Source of the DNA: Epiperipatus broadwayi
Taxonomy: Eukaryota; Animalia; Onychophora
Assembly: GCA_028023455.1 (NCBI GenBank)
Contig: JAQFVV010000010.1
Span: forward strand, 11,346,001-11,410,000
Direction of reading: 5' to 3'
DNA: 64,000 bases
This document shows, piece by piece, positions 1-11,923 of the stretch. The notes under the pieces were generated by a model. That model saw only the letters and a program-made list of their open reading frames with translations, searched no databases and was not told the DNA's origin. The position numbers were made by a program, and so were the translations under genes. Positions within the stretch are counted from its first letter, which is position 1; every line of letters starts with the position of its first letter.

Positions 1-243
1 AAATTTATCTTGTGAAAGAAGATAATTTATCTAAAAGAGAAATGGATATAAGTTTTTTAGAAAGATAGTTCAATGATTGAAGGAAGATTACATGGTGTTA
101 CATACACAGATCTAACTTGTATTTTCTATTCTTGGAATGATCTATTGATAAAAGACTAAAGACATTTGTCATTGTTTTGTGCAATGAATAGTGTTACTGC
201 ATCAGTATCAATAAAAGTCCAAATGTTTTTTGAAAACATTAAT

Positions 244-959
244 AAGTCAATTATTTTATATAGTGCGATGTTTTTTATAAACTATAATATTTAAACAGCA
301 TTAAACTGTTGCACATGCGCTTTGGATTTTAAATATAAAATGAATGAATACTAACACTTCAACCACATGATAAAGACTTTGGAAAAGATAGAATGGCCAT
401 CTATGTTTTCGAACCCAAATGCTTTTGTATGGGCGAATCTTAAGTGTTTGAAAGTGAAAGCGTGAAGATATTAAATAATCACTTTAAATTACTTTTACAT
501 GCTTGAATGAATGACGCTAGTGAAATTTATTAGAATTTACGATACATCATTCTTATTTGAAATTAAATGTATGTAAATAAGTCAATTATTTTATATAGTG
601 CGATGTTTTTTATAAAATATAATATTTAAACAGCACATCGCGCTATATAAAATAATTGACTTATTTACATACATTTAATTTCGAATAAGAATGACGTATC
701 GTAAATTCTAATAAATTTCACTAGCATCATTCATTCAAGCATGTAAAAGTAATTTAAAGTGATTATTTAATAACTTCACACTTTCACTTTCAAACACTTA
801 AGATTCACCCATACAAAAGTGTTTGGGTTCGAAAAGATAGATGGCCATTCTATCTTTTCCAAAGTCTTTATCATGTGGTTGAAGTGTTAGTATTCATTCA
901 TTTTATATTTAAAATCCAAAGCACATATGCAACAGTTTAATGCTGTTTAAATATTATAG
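244..959 (-). mobile_element. Fold-back retro-insertion (family S): ~330-bp inverted arms plus 35-bp unpaired tail, 14-bp TSD
   Basis: Arms 279-~606 and ~636-961 are reverse complements. TTGAAAACATTAAT is duplicated at 230-243 and 960-973. 241-300 recurs at ~576-635 (about 335-bp period). A related fragment is at 48514-48678. Confidence 0.8.
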
Positions 960-3260
960 TTGAAAACATTAATGAAAATGTCAATCAAAATAGTAAAAGT
1001 TATCAGAAATAATAACCCACCAAAATATCACATTCACCATTTATAATGGACATGTTGAGGTGGATTAATGATAATATGCATACCATATTTGGGATGAAAA
1101 TTTAACTATGACTATAAATTGACCCATGAGTTTATCTGTTAATGGTGTAATATGCAGTCTAGTTATGGCCTCCATCAAAAAAACTGTTATCCAATCCCTT
1201 TTAAACACTCATACAGACATAATTTACACATAATATTGTACCAGTCACTATCTTCTTCTGATCACTGAGGGCACCACTAGGTCTCTTTACTACCTAGAAA
1301 ATTTAATTTACAATGAATAAAAGTTGATGATGATGAATGATTGCCACCATCTAGACCCAGGGAGAGAAAGAGATCTTTAAGATTGTTCAGACAATTGAGA
1401 AAAGAACACAAAGACAAACATCAGCCCAAAATAATTTTAAATAATTTTAAAGTTTATTAAATTTAAAAAACAAAATAAATATCAGATAAACAAAATACAA
1501 AAGTTTGACCTAGATTTTACTGGTGTGAATCAGAGAATGTATGTAAGTTTTGAAACATCAAATACTTCGGTAGATAAGTTCATTTCCTCACCTATGATTT
1601 AAAAAAAGGGGTTTATAATATCTTTCTGCTAATGATTTATAAAAACTAATTCCAGTTTCCCTATTTAAAGATTTCAAAAATAAAATGGTCTTGCAAGGAA
1701 TACAACGAAACAATGTGGGTGAGATTTCCTTGCCCAGAATAAAGCATCAGGACTAAGAATGTCACATATCCACAGAACAGCTCACGATTTACCACTTTTA
1801 AGGTATTTCACAGTTGGCCCAAATGCAAGACAATAAAAAAATAAAACAAGATAAGATTATGATTATGCATAATCTTAAATAGAAGAAAATAAAATCTTCA
1901 ATCTAGGAAAAACACAACAATACACTCGATAAATCACCAGCCTAAAGATTTACAGTCTGCAGGAAATGCAAACCAAACTTTTCTAAATTAATTATAATGA
2001 ACAGGGGACAGATGAGATAAAAGAAAATTACTAATATCTGCCCAAGTATTTATCAAGGGTTAGTAATATAAAAAGAGAAAAACCTAACTATAAAATCTAA
2101 ACTCGCAATACACTCTCAGATAAATAAATAAAAATATGGACTCTTAAAACTAAGACTCCACTACATATAATAATAAGAAAAATATGTAAAACAATTTAAA
2201 ATATTAAAGTAATATTTAAAACTTATATGAAATACAGGTTTCTTTTAAGATTAAGCTGAGACTTTAACAATGATTTAAACCCTGGTTACAAAATGAAAAT
2301 CTTTTACCTCAAGGCCTAAGGTAAAATCTGCTAGATTTCCTCTGGTGAGACATGCAAAGTTCTTTTCAACTAGAGTCCATCATGAAGGCTTTGGATTTAT
2401 ATCTCTTTGGGAGGGAGTGTGGAGGTAATTTCTGGATAAGTTCTTGTTTACACTTTTATGGCATGATATTGCAGGATCAATCTGGGAGTCCATCTTTAGG
2501 TTGATTTAGCCCTGCATGTTGTAGAAAAAGATTCATCATGGCATGTAGTTTGGGCATTCTGCAAAGAGTAATGCTCCACTAGTGGTCCATAGTATCATAT
2601 CAGAAGTATTTCCTATCCTCAGACAGCAATATTTAAAATATAAGGCCACAGCAAAATATAATATTCAACAAGCAGAATAAAAATGAATAGCTGAATAACT
2701 AACTACTCAACATACAGAATAAAATGAATAGCTGCATAATAATAAGTCTGAAATCCTAGAGCTATTTATGTGCACTTTTATCTCCCACAGCATCTTTAAT
2801 TAACAGTTTTTTGCCCAGGGCAAATCTCAATCTTAGGCTTAATCTTAATTAAAAATCTGACCAGGGTTGTTATCTTATACAAAATTAATTTTTAAAAAAT
2901 GCAAAATTAAATCTCAGCTTTCTTTTTACAAAGAAATTAAAATTAGATTACAAACAAAGATACAAGAATGCAATTAAAAACTTTCCAAAATTAAAATGCT
3001 TTTCATTTTTTTCTCTAAAAGATTAAACTTTTCAAATTAAAATGTTTTTACAATTTGATTTAAAAAAGGTGTCAAAAGAAACATTTTAAAACTAAAAAGT
3101 AAAATCTATTGAAGACAAAATTAAAACCATAGAATCTTAAAATAAAGCTGCATATGTGCCTTATATAAAACATTCAAATAGTTTTCTTTTGAAACTTTAT
3201 AAAACAAAATATGTTTTAATTTTGTAATGAAACTTTTGAAGTGGATAAAGCATCTGGTTC

Positions 3261-3437
3261 AATATTAATATCATCTATGTTCTTTATTATTTACAATGCT
3301 TTTTTTGCAACCTAATATGACAGTTTCAATTGTCCCAGTAAGTTCTGAAGACGATTGCTGGAGCAATTAAAACTATCATATTAGGTTGTAAAAAAAGCAT
3401 TGTAAAAGTAAAAAAGAATATAGATGATATTAATATT
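3261..3437. repeat. Short hairpin/MITE-like element (~75-bp imperfect arms)
   Basis: AATATTAATATCATCTA at 3261 pairs with TAGATGATATTAATATT ending at 3437, and the inner arms also pair. No TSD identified. Confidence 0.7.
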
Positions 3438-3489
3438 ATATGGATTTGGCTATGCAATAGGAAAGATAAAATTATAATACTTCATAAAA

Positions 3490-4272
3490 AAGATGATTTA
3501 CACCAGATACATTGATAACATCTTTGTCTGCACTTCCCTAATCTTACCCTGGAAATGTTCAACAGCTCAAACAGTTCCCTGAAATAAAGTGGACAATGGA
3601 GGATGAAGAGAATCACCAATCTATCAAATATCTTGATTTAAGATTGATTCAATAGAAACACACAATTGATTATTCAGTGACTATCAAACCCCTCAGCATT
3701 AGGAGTTATTTATAACCTCATTCTAGAATTATTTTCCAGTACAAAATTGCTTGTTTTAAAGCCTTTTTATTTAGGAACTCTAGACTTTGTAAATTTATAA
3801 GTAATGGAAAAAATAATTTAGAATCTTTCAAGAAGTCTGCTATTCTGCCATCATGCTTGATAGACATATCGGAAAATTCAGCTATAGACATAAATATAAT
3901 AGATATTCCAAACTTAAACTCTGAATCAACAGGCCATTGTTCCCCAATATTCACTCAAAATTGAAATCAATTCTAAACCAAAATTTTAACATTGGTTTTA
4001 GATGCTCTTTGTCTTTGAATAGGGTCATTAATAATTCTAAAGACAAAATCAATCATGATGACAAAGTGCAACTTAGGTATTCCTTGGACTTCCAGCTTTG
4101 TAATGACAGATATTATGGTGAAACTCATGGTAATTTGAAATCGAGAATTTCTCAACTCATTAACTTATATAATAGAGCCAAGTCTAACACAATTCAGTAT
4201 TCATCGTCCATGAAAAGAACACTGGCCACTCTTTTGACAACAACAACAGGACATGAAAAGTTAATTAATTAA
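3490..4272 (+). pseudogene. Decayed Penelope-like element ORF (RT C-terminal half plus GIY-YIG endonuclease)
   Basis: Translated fragments YTRYIDNIF (YxDD motif), PEIKWTMEDEENHQSIKYLDLRL, IKPLSIRSYL..HS and, in ORF 3937-4272, YSLDFQLCNDRYYGETHGNLKSRISQ (GIY-YIG-like) occur in Penelope order. Stops and frameshifts are present. Confidence 0.85.
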
Positions 4273-5273
4273 AAAGCTTGGCATATTATAAATTTTCTAA
4301 ATATGATTAACATAAAGGCAAATAGCATTCCCCTTAGGAATACTAGTCATTTAATACACGTATTACACATATAAATATGCAAATTTATTAAAATCTACAA
4401 CCGCTGTAACTCATTTTTATATACAGTTGGAATTCCAACTGTTTCTTGCATATCTCCTATGTCAGTCAGGCTTTATCAAACATATTCCATATCAAAAGCC
4501 TGGCTTAGCAGTTAATAAATATTGTATTTATATTTAATTTTGTTAAATATACGTAAAAAAGACAGAGAATTTCTCTTTATATTACAATATATACATATGT
4601 GTGTGTAAATAATAAATAACTCTCAGATTATATGTTACTGAATAGGAAGTAATTAAAGCTTACATGTAAGTCAGATGATACCTCCTGTATTTTTACTAAA
4701 GCATTTGTTCTTATATATGTTTAGTTTATTTACATAATTTTAAAAGAGGGAGTGAATTCGATCTATTGATTGTATATATTTATAGAATAAATGATAAGAA
4801 TCACCATTTAAATATTCAGAGGATCAAAGCTGAGCTTCACTTTAAACATCATCTAAATAAGCCCATTTATTAAGTTTAATTTTACTATAAGCATGCACAT
4901 GTAGCTAAACACACACACACACATTAAATTATTACACAAGACTACAACTTTTGCATTCACAACTTTGATACCAACCACTGCAAATCAATACATTATTTAT
5001 TAAGCTAGAGATTATCCCTAACCCAGATGTGTCTTTTTACTTATGTCTCAAGAATAGGTAATGGAGTGAAAATTTTAAGTATATATATATGTTTACACTC
5101 CGAACACATTATTACAGACTCTAAACTAAATCTATACAATTCTCAAAATATATTTCATTTGGATCAGCTCTTTAAGTGGATTATGTCACCACACTCATTT
5201 CAAATATTCTTTATTATTGTTATATAAAGATCTTGCAAACTAGCTCTTAACAAGCTTTGCAGAATATCCCAAT

Positions 5274-5310
5274 CCCAGACCAGTTTCTGATATTGGCTTC
5301 CTCAGTAAGG
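5274..5310 (-). ncRNA. Degenerate hammerhead-like core (family 1)
   Basis: Minus strand reads CCTTA-CTGAGGA-AGCCAATATCA-GAAA-CTGG-TC-TGGGA; stem II is disrupted. Confidence 0.45.
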
Positions 5311-6170
5311 TGCTAGGATATTCAAGCATTAGATTAAAAATGCCAGGACAAGCCCAGAACTTTATCTAATGGATAACTATTAAGTAGAAAATCTGAAATT
5401 TTCAGATATCCATATGTCTTCCAATCCAGCTATCTAACTTAAATAGCCATATGGAACTGAACTAAGTTCAGATACACCATATATTAATACCTTTAGCAAT
5501 ATAAAGTCACCAAAACCTTAATAGCAAAAAATAAAATTACAAAAAAATCAAGTCAAGCTTGTTTAAATTAGGTCATGTGACATCTGTCTTGATTTTTTTT
5601 TGTAATCTTTATTATTGTTCCATATTTATCTAAAATACATTATATTTCCCTTCAAGTGCTATATGCACACTTACTCAAATGGAAGCTCCTTAATATACAT
5701 TTTGATTGGACAGGACTTTTCAGTTGATGCAAATAATCAACACTCTAAATTTTCTTTGCTGCTGTTTCAGCTTTCTCTAAAACATATTATATCCTTACAA
5801 GCATCATATTTCTAATCTGATGATACATTTTCCCAATAGTCTGTAATATATTTGAAATGTAACAATGATAAATAGTAATTTAAAAGATATATAATGGTCT
5901 ACATATAAATGAAGTAAATTAAAACTTAGGACGATAAAAAAAAGAGATAATGTACTGTATATAAAAATAATAAATAAAAAAAGATATAATTAATTTTTAA
6001 TAAAAAAATAAGGTTTATATCTGAAATAAAAGTTATAATTTGTAACCTGATATGGTAAACATCTGTTTATTTATTAAAAGTTTGTAATTGACAACTATTG
6101 TGTGTTAGAAATATTATGCTTAATATTGAAATACAAGTATAATGTATACACTTAATCTAGATGTAATTAA

Positions 6171-6520
6171 AGGACTTTCAAACTCCTTACAATCATCCGC
6201 TCTATCCACTATAATTGATATACATGACCACATGCATGTGAAAAATATAAATGATCTCCAATATACGTGTTTCAATGATATGGATGGCTGAAGAGTGGAG
6301 AGAATTAAAACTTGTCCATTAAAGTGTGTAGGTTTGTTATCTCAATATAAAATGAACACTGATTACAGATATGTGCAGAGGATGATGAACTGATGAGTAC
6401 TGGTTCAGCATAAAATACATATATTGAAGATTATTTATCTTTTTCACATGTATGTAGTCATGTGTATTGGTTATATTGGATAGAGTGGATGTCTGTATGG
6501 AGCTTGAAAGTCTGGGTTCA
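6171..6520 (+). mobile_element. Family 2 pLTR/retrozyme-like copy with short inverted 5' arm and decayed hammerhead
   Basis: 6171-6262 is an inverted copy of the 3' part. CTGATGA at 6390-6396 is followed by GTACTGGTTCAGCAT-AAAA-TACATA-TA-TTG (GAAA mutated). Homologous to 11118-11923, 14459-14644 and 39498-39620. Confidence 0.7.
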
Positions 6521-7696
6521 AAATCTTTTTAATTAAGTACAATATGTGTAAGGTGAAATGATACAGTATATTACTATATATATATATATATTGTATTAAA
6601 AACTTATTCCAATGATGATGATAATTACACCTCAACTGATGATTTACTTTAACATGCAGATAAATAGTTCTGGCAGATAACCAAAATATTTTAAAAATTG
6701 ATATATAAATCATCAATTGAACAAAGATTAATTAAAATTTACATTTGACTAATTAAATTTTCTTACAACAGATATTTATTATGATGATTAAACCTTCTGT
6801 CCCTTATGCATCTACTTACTTATATGGCTATGCTGATTATGTTTTATAATCATTAACTATTCAATAATCTCCCAGAGGTCACCCTTAAGGTTCTTTCATA
6901 AGTATGTCTTTTATACCTTTTTCATAAATGCGATTGAAGCTGTTAACTGTAACATGGAGTGCCAATTTTTTCTCAGAAAGAACACATATGGATATGATAC
7001 TCTCTGCTAGCACCATCATCATATTCTTTGATATCAACCCTATCTTTCCTTCAATTCATAGTGTGACTTTTCAAGATATGTAGAAGACTATTATATACAT
7101 CTTTGAGATGTGACTAATGAAAAAAGAATGACACATTTAACAACAAAAATAATTTATTTCAGATAATCTCAGTTGATGTATTAAAATTACCTATAAACAT
7201 TATTTTATAAATGATGTAACAAACTAATAAACATAAAAAAGAAATATTATAAAAATTACATAGAAATTCATAAAATATTGAGTTGAAATGAAAAAAAAAA
7301 CTATCAAGTTATTCTATTTGTATTCATAAACATAGAAAGTTTGAACAATCCTTATATAATAAAATTATACACATAAAAATATCTCAGAAATTTTTTTGCT
7401 GTTAATTGAGATTTCTTATTTCTATGAATATAGATTTAAAAAAAAAATCTTACCATAGTTATTTTTTAAATAAATAATCTAATAAGTTTACTAGACAGAG
7501 TGATCAGTTGTGTCTTTGGCATCATATAAAATTGGACAACATTGGTTGGTTGTTTCAGGTGGGAATCTTAATGTTGGTAAGAATATTATAAATGATTTAA
7601 TAAACTCTTAAAATGCTAATTACCAAGCTAGTAATATTTACAGATGTTGGAAAATTACAATGCAATTTATATGCTTTCTTATATTTATTTTATTTA

Positions 7697-7949
7697 TAAA
7701 CAAGGCAATACTCTCCATACATTAGTCCACCCTGTGCCAACCAGAGTAATCAATGGATGCCAGAAGGCTTGTGCATAAAATCCCTATCTAATGCCTATTC
7801 ATCCAATATCCCCAGACTAGTTTCTGGCTTGTGGCCTTCATCAGTGAGGAGCTTACTCTGGTTGACACAGGGTGGCACTACTGTATGGAGAGTTTTGCCT
7901 TGTTTATAAACAATTATGTGCTAGTATAAGAGATGGTGATCATGTGATG
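7697..7949 (+). mobile_element. Family 1 hammerhead-bearing fold-back insertion (inverted arm + sense 3' end + tail), 14-bp TSD
   Basis: ~55-bp inverted repeats and a tail ending CATGTGATG. ATTTATTTTATTTA is duplicated at 7683-7696 and 7950-7963. Homologous to 27385-27761, 53936-54069 and ~18215-18360. Confidence 0.8.
7810..7849 (-). ncRNA. Minimal type I hammerhead ribozyme motif (family 1, variant stem II base)
   Basis: Minus strand: CCTCA-CTGATGA-A-GGC-CACAA-GCC-A-GAAA-CTAG-TC/TGGGG. Stem I is CCTCA:TGGGG, helix III is the palindrome ACTAGT, cleavage triplet GUC. Confidence 0.7.
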
Positions 7950-8151
7950 ATTTATTTTATTTACTTTCCATATCTTAGTTTTAATAATTAAATTTATAAC
8001 AAGTAATTTAGTTTTAGAATTTGACTTGTATTTTCAAGATAAAAGAAAATCAGCTTTGTTTGTTAAATTTTTTCTTTCCCTTCTAAAGAATTTTAAATTA
8101 TAGAGACGATTTTAATAATCAAAATTTAGTTTTAAATTAATCAACATTTAG

Positions 8152-9509
8152 GGTTGTTTTACAACAGCATGTTGAAACCGCTGGAGGGCATTATTTCTAT
8201 GATAGCACACAGAAATATGCCATTTAGGCGGCCTCTGCCACTATCGAACATTCTATTTCTAATGCGTAAGCCTAGAAATAGTCCATTGATATGGCGTGTG
8301 TGGCTGCTGTTTATTTTTATGCTAATGCACAGAAACATGACATTTATCTGCCGCAGAAGCTATCGTGTCAGCATACAGCTCAGATTTGGACTACGCATTT
8401 TGGATGTGCGATCACATTTCACTTTTGGCTACAGTATTGTCTGAGGCTGGCTGGAATTCCGATTGTCAAAACTATTTTAATATTCATTAAGACCACCTCT
8501 CCCTCTATCTCCCATGTTTTAGGAAGGTCTACTAACAATTATGAGCAGAGTCTCATGCTTCCCTAGCCCCCATTTCCTGCTGAAAAAATTGGGCAAGTGT
8601 AGGTGCAAGTGCGATTCCTATCAAATCATGCTCTAAGTCACGTTTCGTGCGAGAACAACTGCGAGCTGAATCAAATGGATGAAATAGGAAACTTTCCGAA
8701 TGACAAAGAAAGAATTCTTCTCTTACTGCTGGAACTGGGTTATCAAACAAAACAGCTTGAAGCTGCATGCCTGCTGTTTATCCTGAAGAGCCCAAAAAGT
8801 TGGTTTTAATTGCCGTATATATTTATGTTTTTGGGAATTACCGTCAAAACTTTGTCAACCTTCGAGTTTTTTGCATTCCGTTCTGTTAGCAATTGGAAAC
8901 ACCCTCCCCCTTTTCCCCCTCTCCCAAAGTTTGACTTTGGCTTGTAAATGTTACCGTTAAATTGAAATAGATTTATTTATAATTTATAAAAATAAAACAA
9001 ACAATCAAAAAAAAGAAGAATCTGATTTTTTTGTCATAGAATACCGAACTGAAAATATAAGGGTTTAATGAGAAGAATTTTTTTAAAAAAGTGTTTAACT
9101 GCTTTTTAAAATTCATTTTTAATTGATTTTTTTTTTTGGGGGGGTTGCCAAAATTGATTTGATAGCCGCCGTACTTTTTAAATGTGTTAAACAACAAAAA
9201 AACAAAACAAAACAAAAAAATACATAGACTGAAAAAAAAACCTGGCCCCCAAAAATATAAATAATGAAAAGAATAAAAAAAAAAAAAAGTACTTTTACAT
9301 GTAAATTCATTTTTTTTAAATTTTTTTATGCATTTTTTTTTTGGTTGTGTTTAAAAAATTGATTTGATATTACTTTTATAAATGTGATAAACAAAAAACC
9401 AAAGCCAAAAAAAAAAAAAAGAAACCCGGCCCCGGCAACATTATATTTACCTTTGTTTACAAACAAACCATGCCCTCCAGCAGTTTCAACATGCTATTAT
9501 AAAACAACC
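8152..9509. mobile_element. Non-autonomous DNA transposon, ~40-bp TIRs, GG termini, 8-bp TSD (Merlin- or Mutator-like; superfamily uncertain)
   Basis: GGTTGTTTTACAACAGCATGTTGAAACCGCTGGAGGGCAT at 8152 and its imperfect reverse complement ending at 9509. ACATTTAG is duplicated at 8144-8151 and 9510-9517. No intact transposase. Confidence 0.8.
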
Positions 9510-11117
9510 ACATTTAGTTTAAATAAATGCCAACTCAATCTTTCTTTGAGAGTTAATTTGTTTTAAAAGAATATAAGAAATATTTAGTTTCTTAAATAAT
9601 TAAAAAGAGTTATCTCTCTGAAACTGTTCAAAGATTGTTATTCCAAAATTAAAAGAAATATAGCTATGTGTTTTAATGCCAATGTGTATGAGCGTATGTA
9701 TACAAATAGTTTAGTAGGTTCATTTTAATATGTGTGGAATTTATAGGCAGTTTGTTATCATTATTTTATATATATCACATACATGGCTGAAATTAAGGAT
9801 TAGAATATGTGTGTGCATTTTATGTAGCAATCCTATATAGTTTATTCACCACATTTGAATTCTGCATTTTTTTTTTACCTCTTGTGAGTAATTCCCACAC
9901 AGTTTGACTTTGTGTAAGCACTCATGAACAATTTTGGATTTTATTTAAGTTTAAAGACAACTCTCCTTGGGAACATATTTTTTCATATTTCTGGGATTTT
10001 ATTTCAGGTTTAGAGACAATTATCCTTGGGAACATATTTTTCCATGTTTAAGTTTTCAGTTTATATGTAGTTTACTTGCATGAGAACTTTTAATTTGCAA
10101 GTCATAAAAAGATTATTGTGTTGTTTTACTTTTAATGCAGTATAGGAATCAAATAGATTGGATATATGTCTTATTTGGTAATGGTCTGCATGTTGTGAAC
10201 ATTTAAAGTTAATTCAAGTTTTATTATTGCCTATTCTTTTAAATTAATAGTAAATATTCACATCTTAATTTAGCTAATACATACCTAACAGAATCAGATA
10301 AATAATAGTTACTTAATAGTCTTCTGAGCTGATAAATTATTATTAATAATAACAAAGGTTACATTAATATTTAAAGAATGCCTGATGTCAAATTCAATAC
10401 ATGCCAACATAGAGGGGCAATTGCAGTTTGTACTTGAACTATATTATATTGAACTGTTAATAAACTTTGTTTTTCTTATTGTTAGATCAATTTTAGCATG
10501 TGTTTATTGTCTGCTTTGCTAATTAGTGTTTATAAGGAAACTGTTCTCCATGATCTAGATGCAATTTTAAATATCTATAAGTAAGGATGCAGTTGTTCAA
10601 GCATTCATAATTAAGATACCAGTAAACTCTCACATTCTGGGCTATAGGTCTAGTGTCACACTCTACTGTCTATTACAATATATATATATATTGTACCACT
10701 AGTGTATGGTGCTCCATATAAAATCGTGTTTACAATTATTAAAAATAAAAATTTTCATAAATGTAAAGAGTTTAAGGTTAAAATTCTAATAAATAAAATC
10801 ACTGCAGAATAAGTTACGGTAAATGATTGAAGTAAAAACATCTTGTTTAAAGAACTAGTTAAAAGTTTAATAAAAGGAAGTTTAATGTAGAAGTTTAAAG
10901 AGTTTTTTTTTTATTAGTTTAAAACAGTTTGCTAAAAGTCAGTAGTAAAGTTTTACAAATTAACTAATTAGAGGGGGAGAAAATCTAACTTAGAAAGGTT
11001 GAAACTACAAGAGCTTAAAAAATAAATCTTTTGCATGAAATTAAAAATACTCTCTTTTCGTTTAATTTAAAGTAAAAAAAAATCTTAAAAACTAAAAGAA
11101 AATCTCTTTCCATTTAT

Positions 11118-11923
11118 TATTAGGGTATGAGCACAGACTTTCACATAACCCATCACTCTCCCCTCCATCTAATAACACTGATACACTTAAACATATATAT
11201 GTTGAAAAGATAAATAATCACCAATATACACATTTCATGCTAAACCAGCAATCATCAGTTGGTCCAGATTATCATCTCTACACATATATACTATAAGTGC
11301 TCAGATATATATTAAGATAGACAATCCTCATACTTTAATGGACAGGCATCAATCTACTCCACACTCCAACTCTTCAACCATCCATCCAATTGAAAATCTG
11401 ATGATGGAATGCTCAAAGGCCACCCTGAGGCTGAGATTCTTGTCACACCCATGTACAGGACATAATCCATTAAATACATATGCAAGGATGGGAAGACATC
11501 TCTATAATGTAATGTCTGCCCATCCTTGCATATGTATTTAATGGATTATGTCCTGTACATGTGGGGTTCAAATTGACCTTAGGTCAACATGGGTGTGATA
11601 AGAATCTTGGCCTCAGGGTGGCCTTTGAGCATTCCATCATCAGATTTTCAATTGGATGGACGGTTGAAGAGTTGGAGTGTGGAGTAGATTGATGCCTGTC
11701 CATTAAAGTATGAGGATTGTCTATCTTAATATATATCTGAGCACTTATAGTATATATGTGTAGAGATGATAATCTGGACCAACTGATGATTGCTGGTTTA
11801 GCATGAAATATGTATATTGGTGATTATTTATCTTTTCAACATATATATGTTTAAATGTATCAGTGTTATTAGATGGAGGGGAGAGTGGTGGGTCATGTGA
11901 AAGTCTGTGCTCATACCCTAATA
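11118..11923. mobile_element. ~800-bp near-perfect palindrome of family 2 (inverted dimer), one hammerhead-like core per arm
   Basis: Arms 11118-~11492 and ~11518-11923, with a ~27-bp extra segment in the right arm near 11560-11590. Cores at 11779-11820 (+) and 11221-11262 (-): CCAA-CTGATGA-TTGCTGGTTTAGCAT-GAAA-TATGTA-TA-TTGG (T-T mismatch at the base of stem II). Confidence 0.85.

Noticed and set aside
501-535. Hammerhead in family S (TTGAATGAATGACGCTAGTGAAA)
   Set aside because: Lacks CTGANGA and a proper stem II, and lies antisense to the inferred element orientation.
2270-2640. Possible exon or gag remnant on the minus strand (similar cases at 23740-24130, 24760-25750, 26700-27030 and 33300-33720)
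   Set aside because: Codon-like but with multiple stops and no motif I could assign.
8291-8809. hAT transposase remnant (IWTT..TFH and ERI..TAG-like words)
   Set aside because: Similarity is too short, needs arbitrary frameshifts, and the GG termini do not fit hAT.
8973-9566. Short ORF-track proteins here and most other 60-110 aa ORFs in the track
   Set aside because: Low-complexity, homopolymer-driven frames in AT-rich DNA without splice signals or recognisable domains.
9950-10045. Local ~30-bp direct duplication (GACAA..CCTTGGGAACATATTTTT)
   Set aside because: Only two copies and no further structure.
11397-11403. CTGATGA as a further hammerhead (also at ~5817, ~6638, ~28340 and ~63045 on the minus strand)
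   Set aside because: No stem II followed by GAAA and no NUH/stem I pairing.
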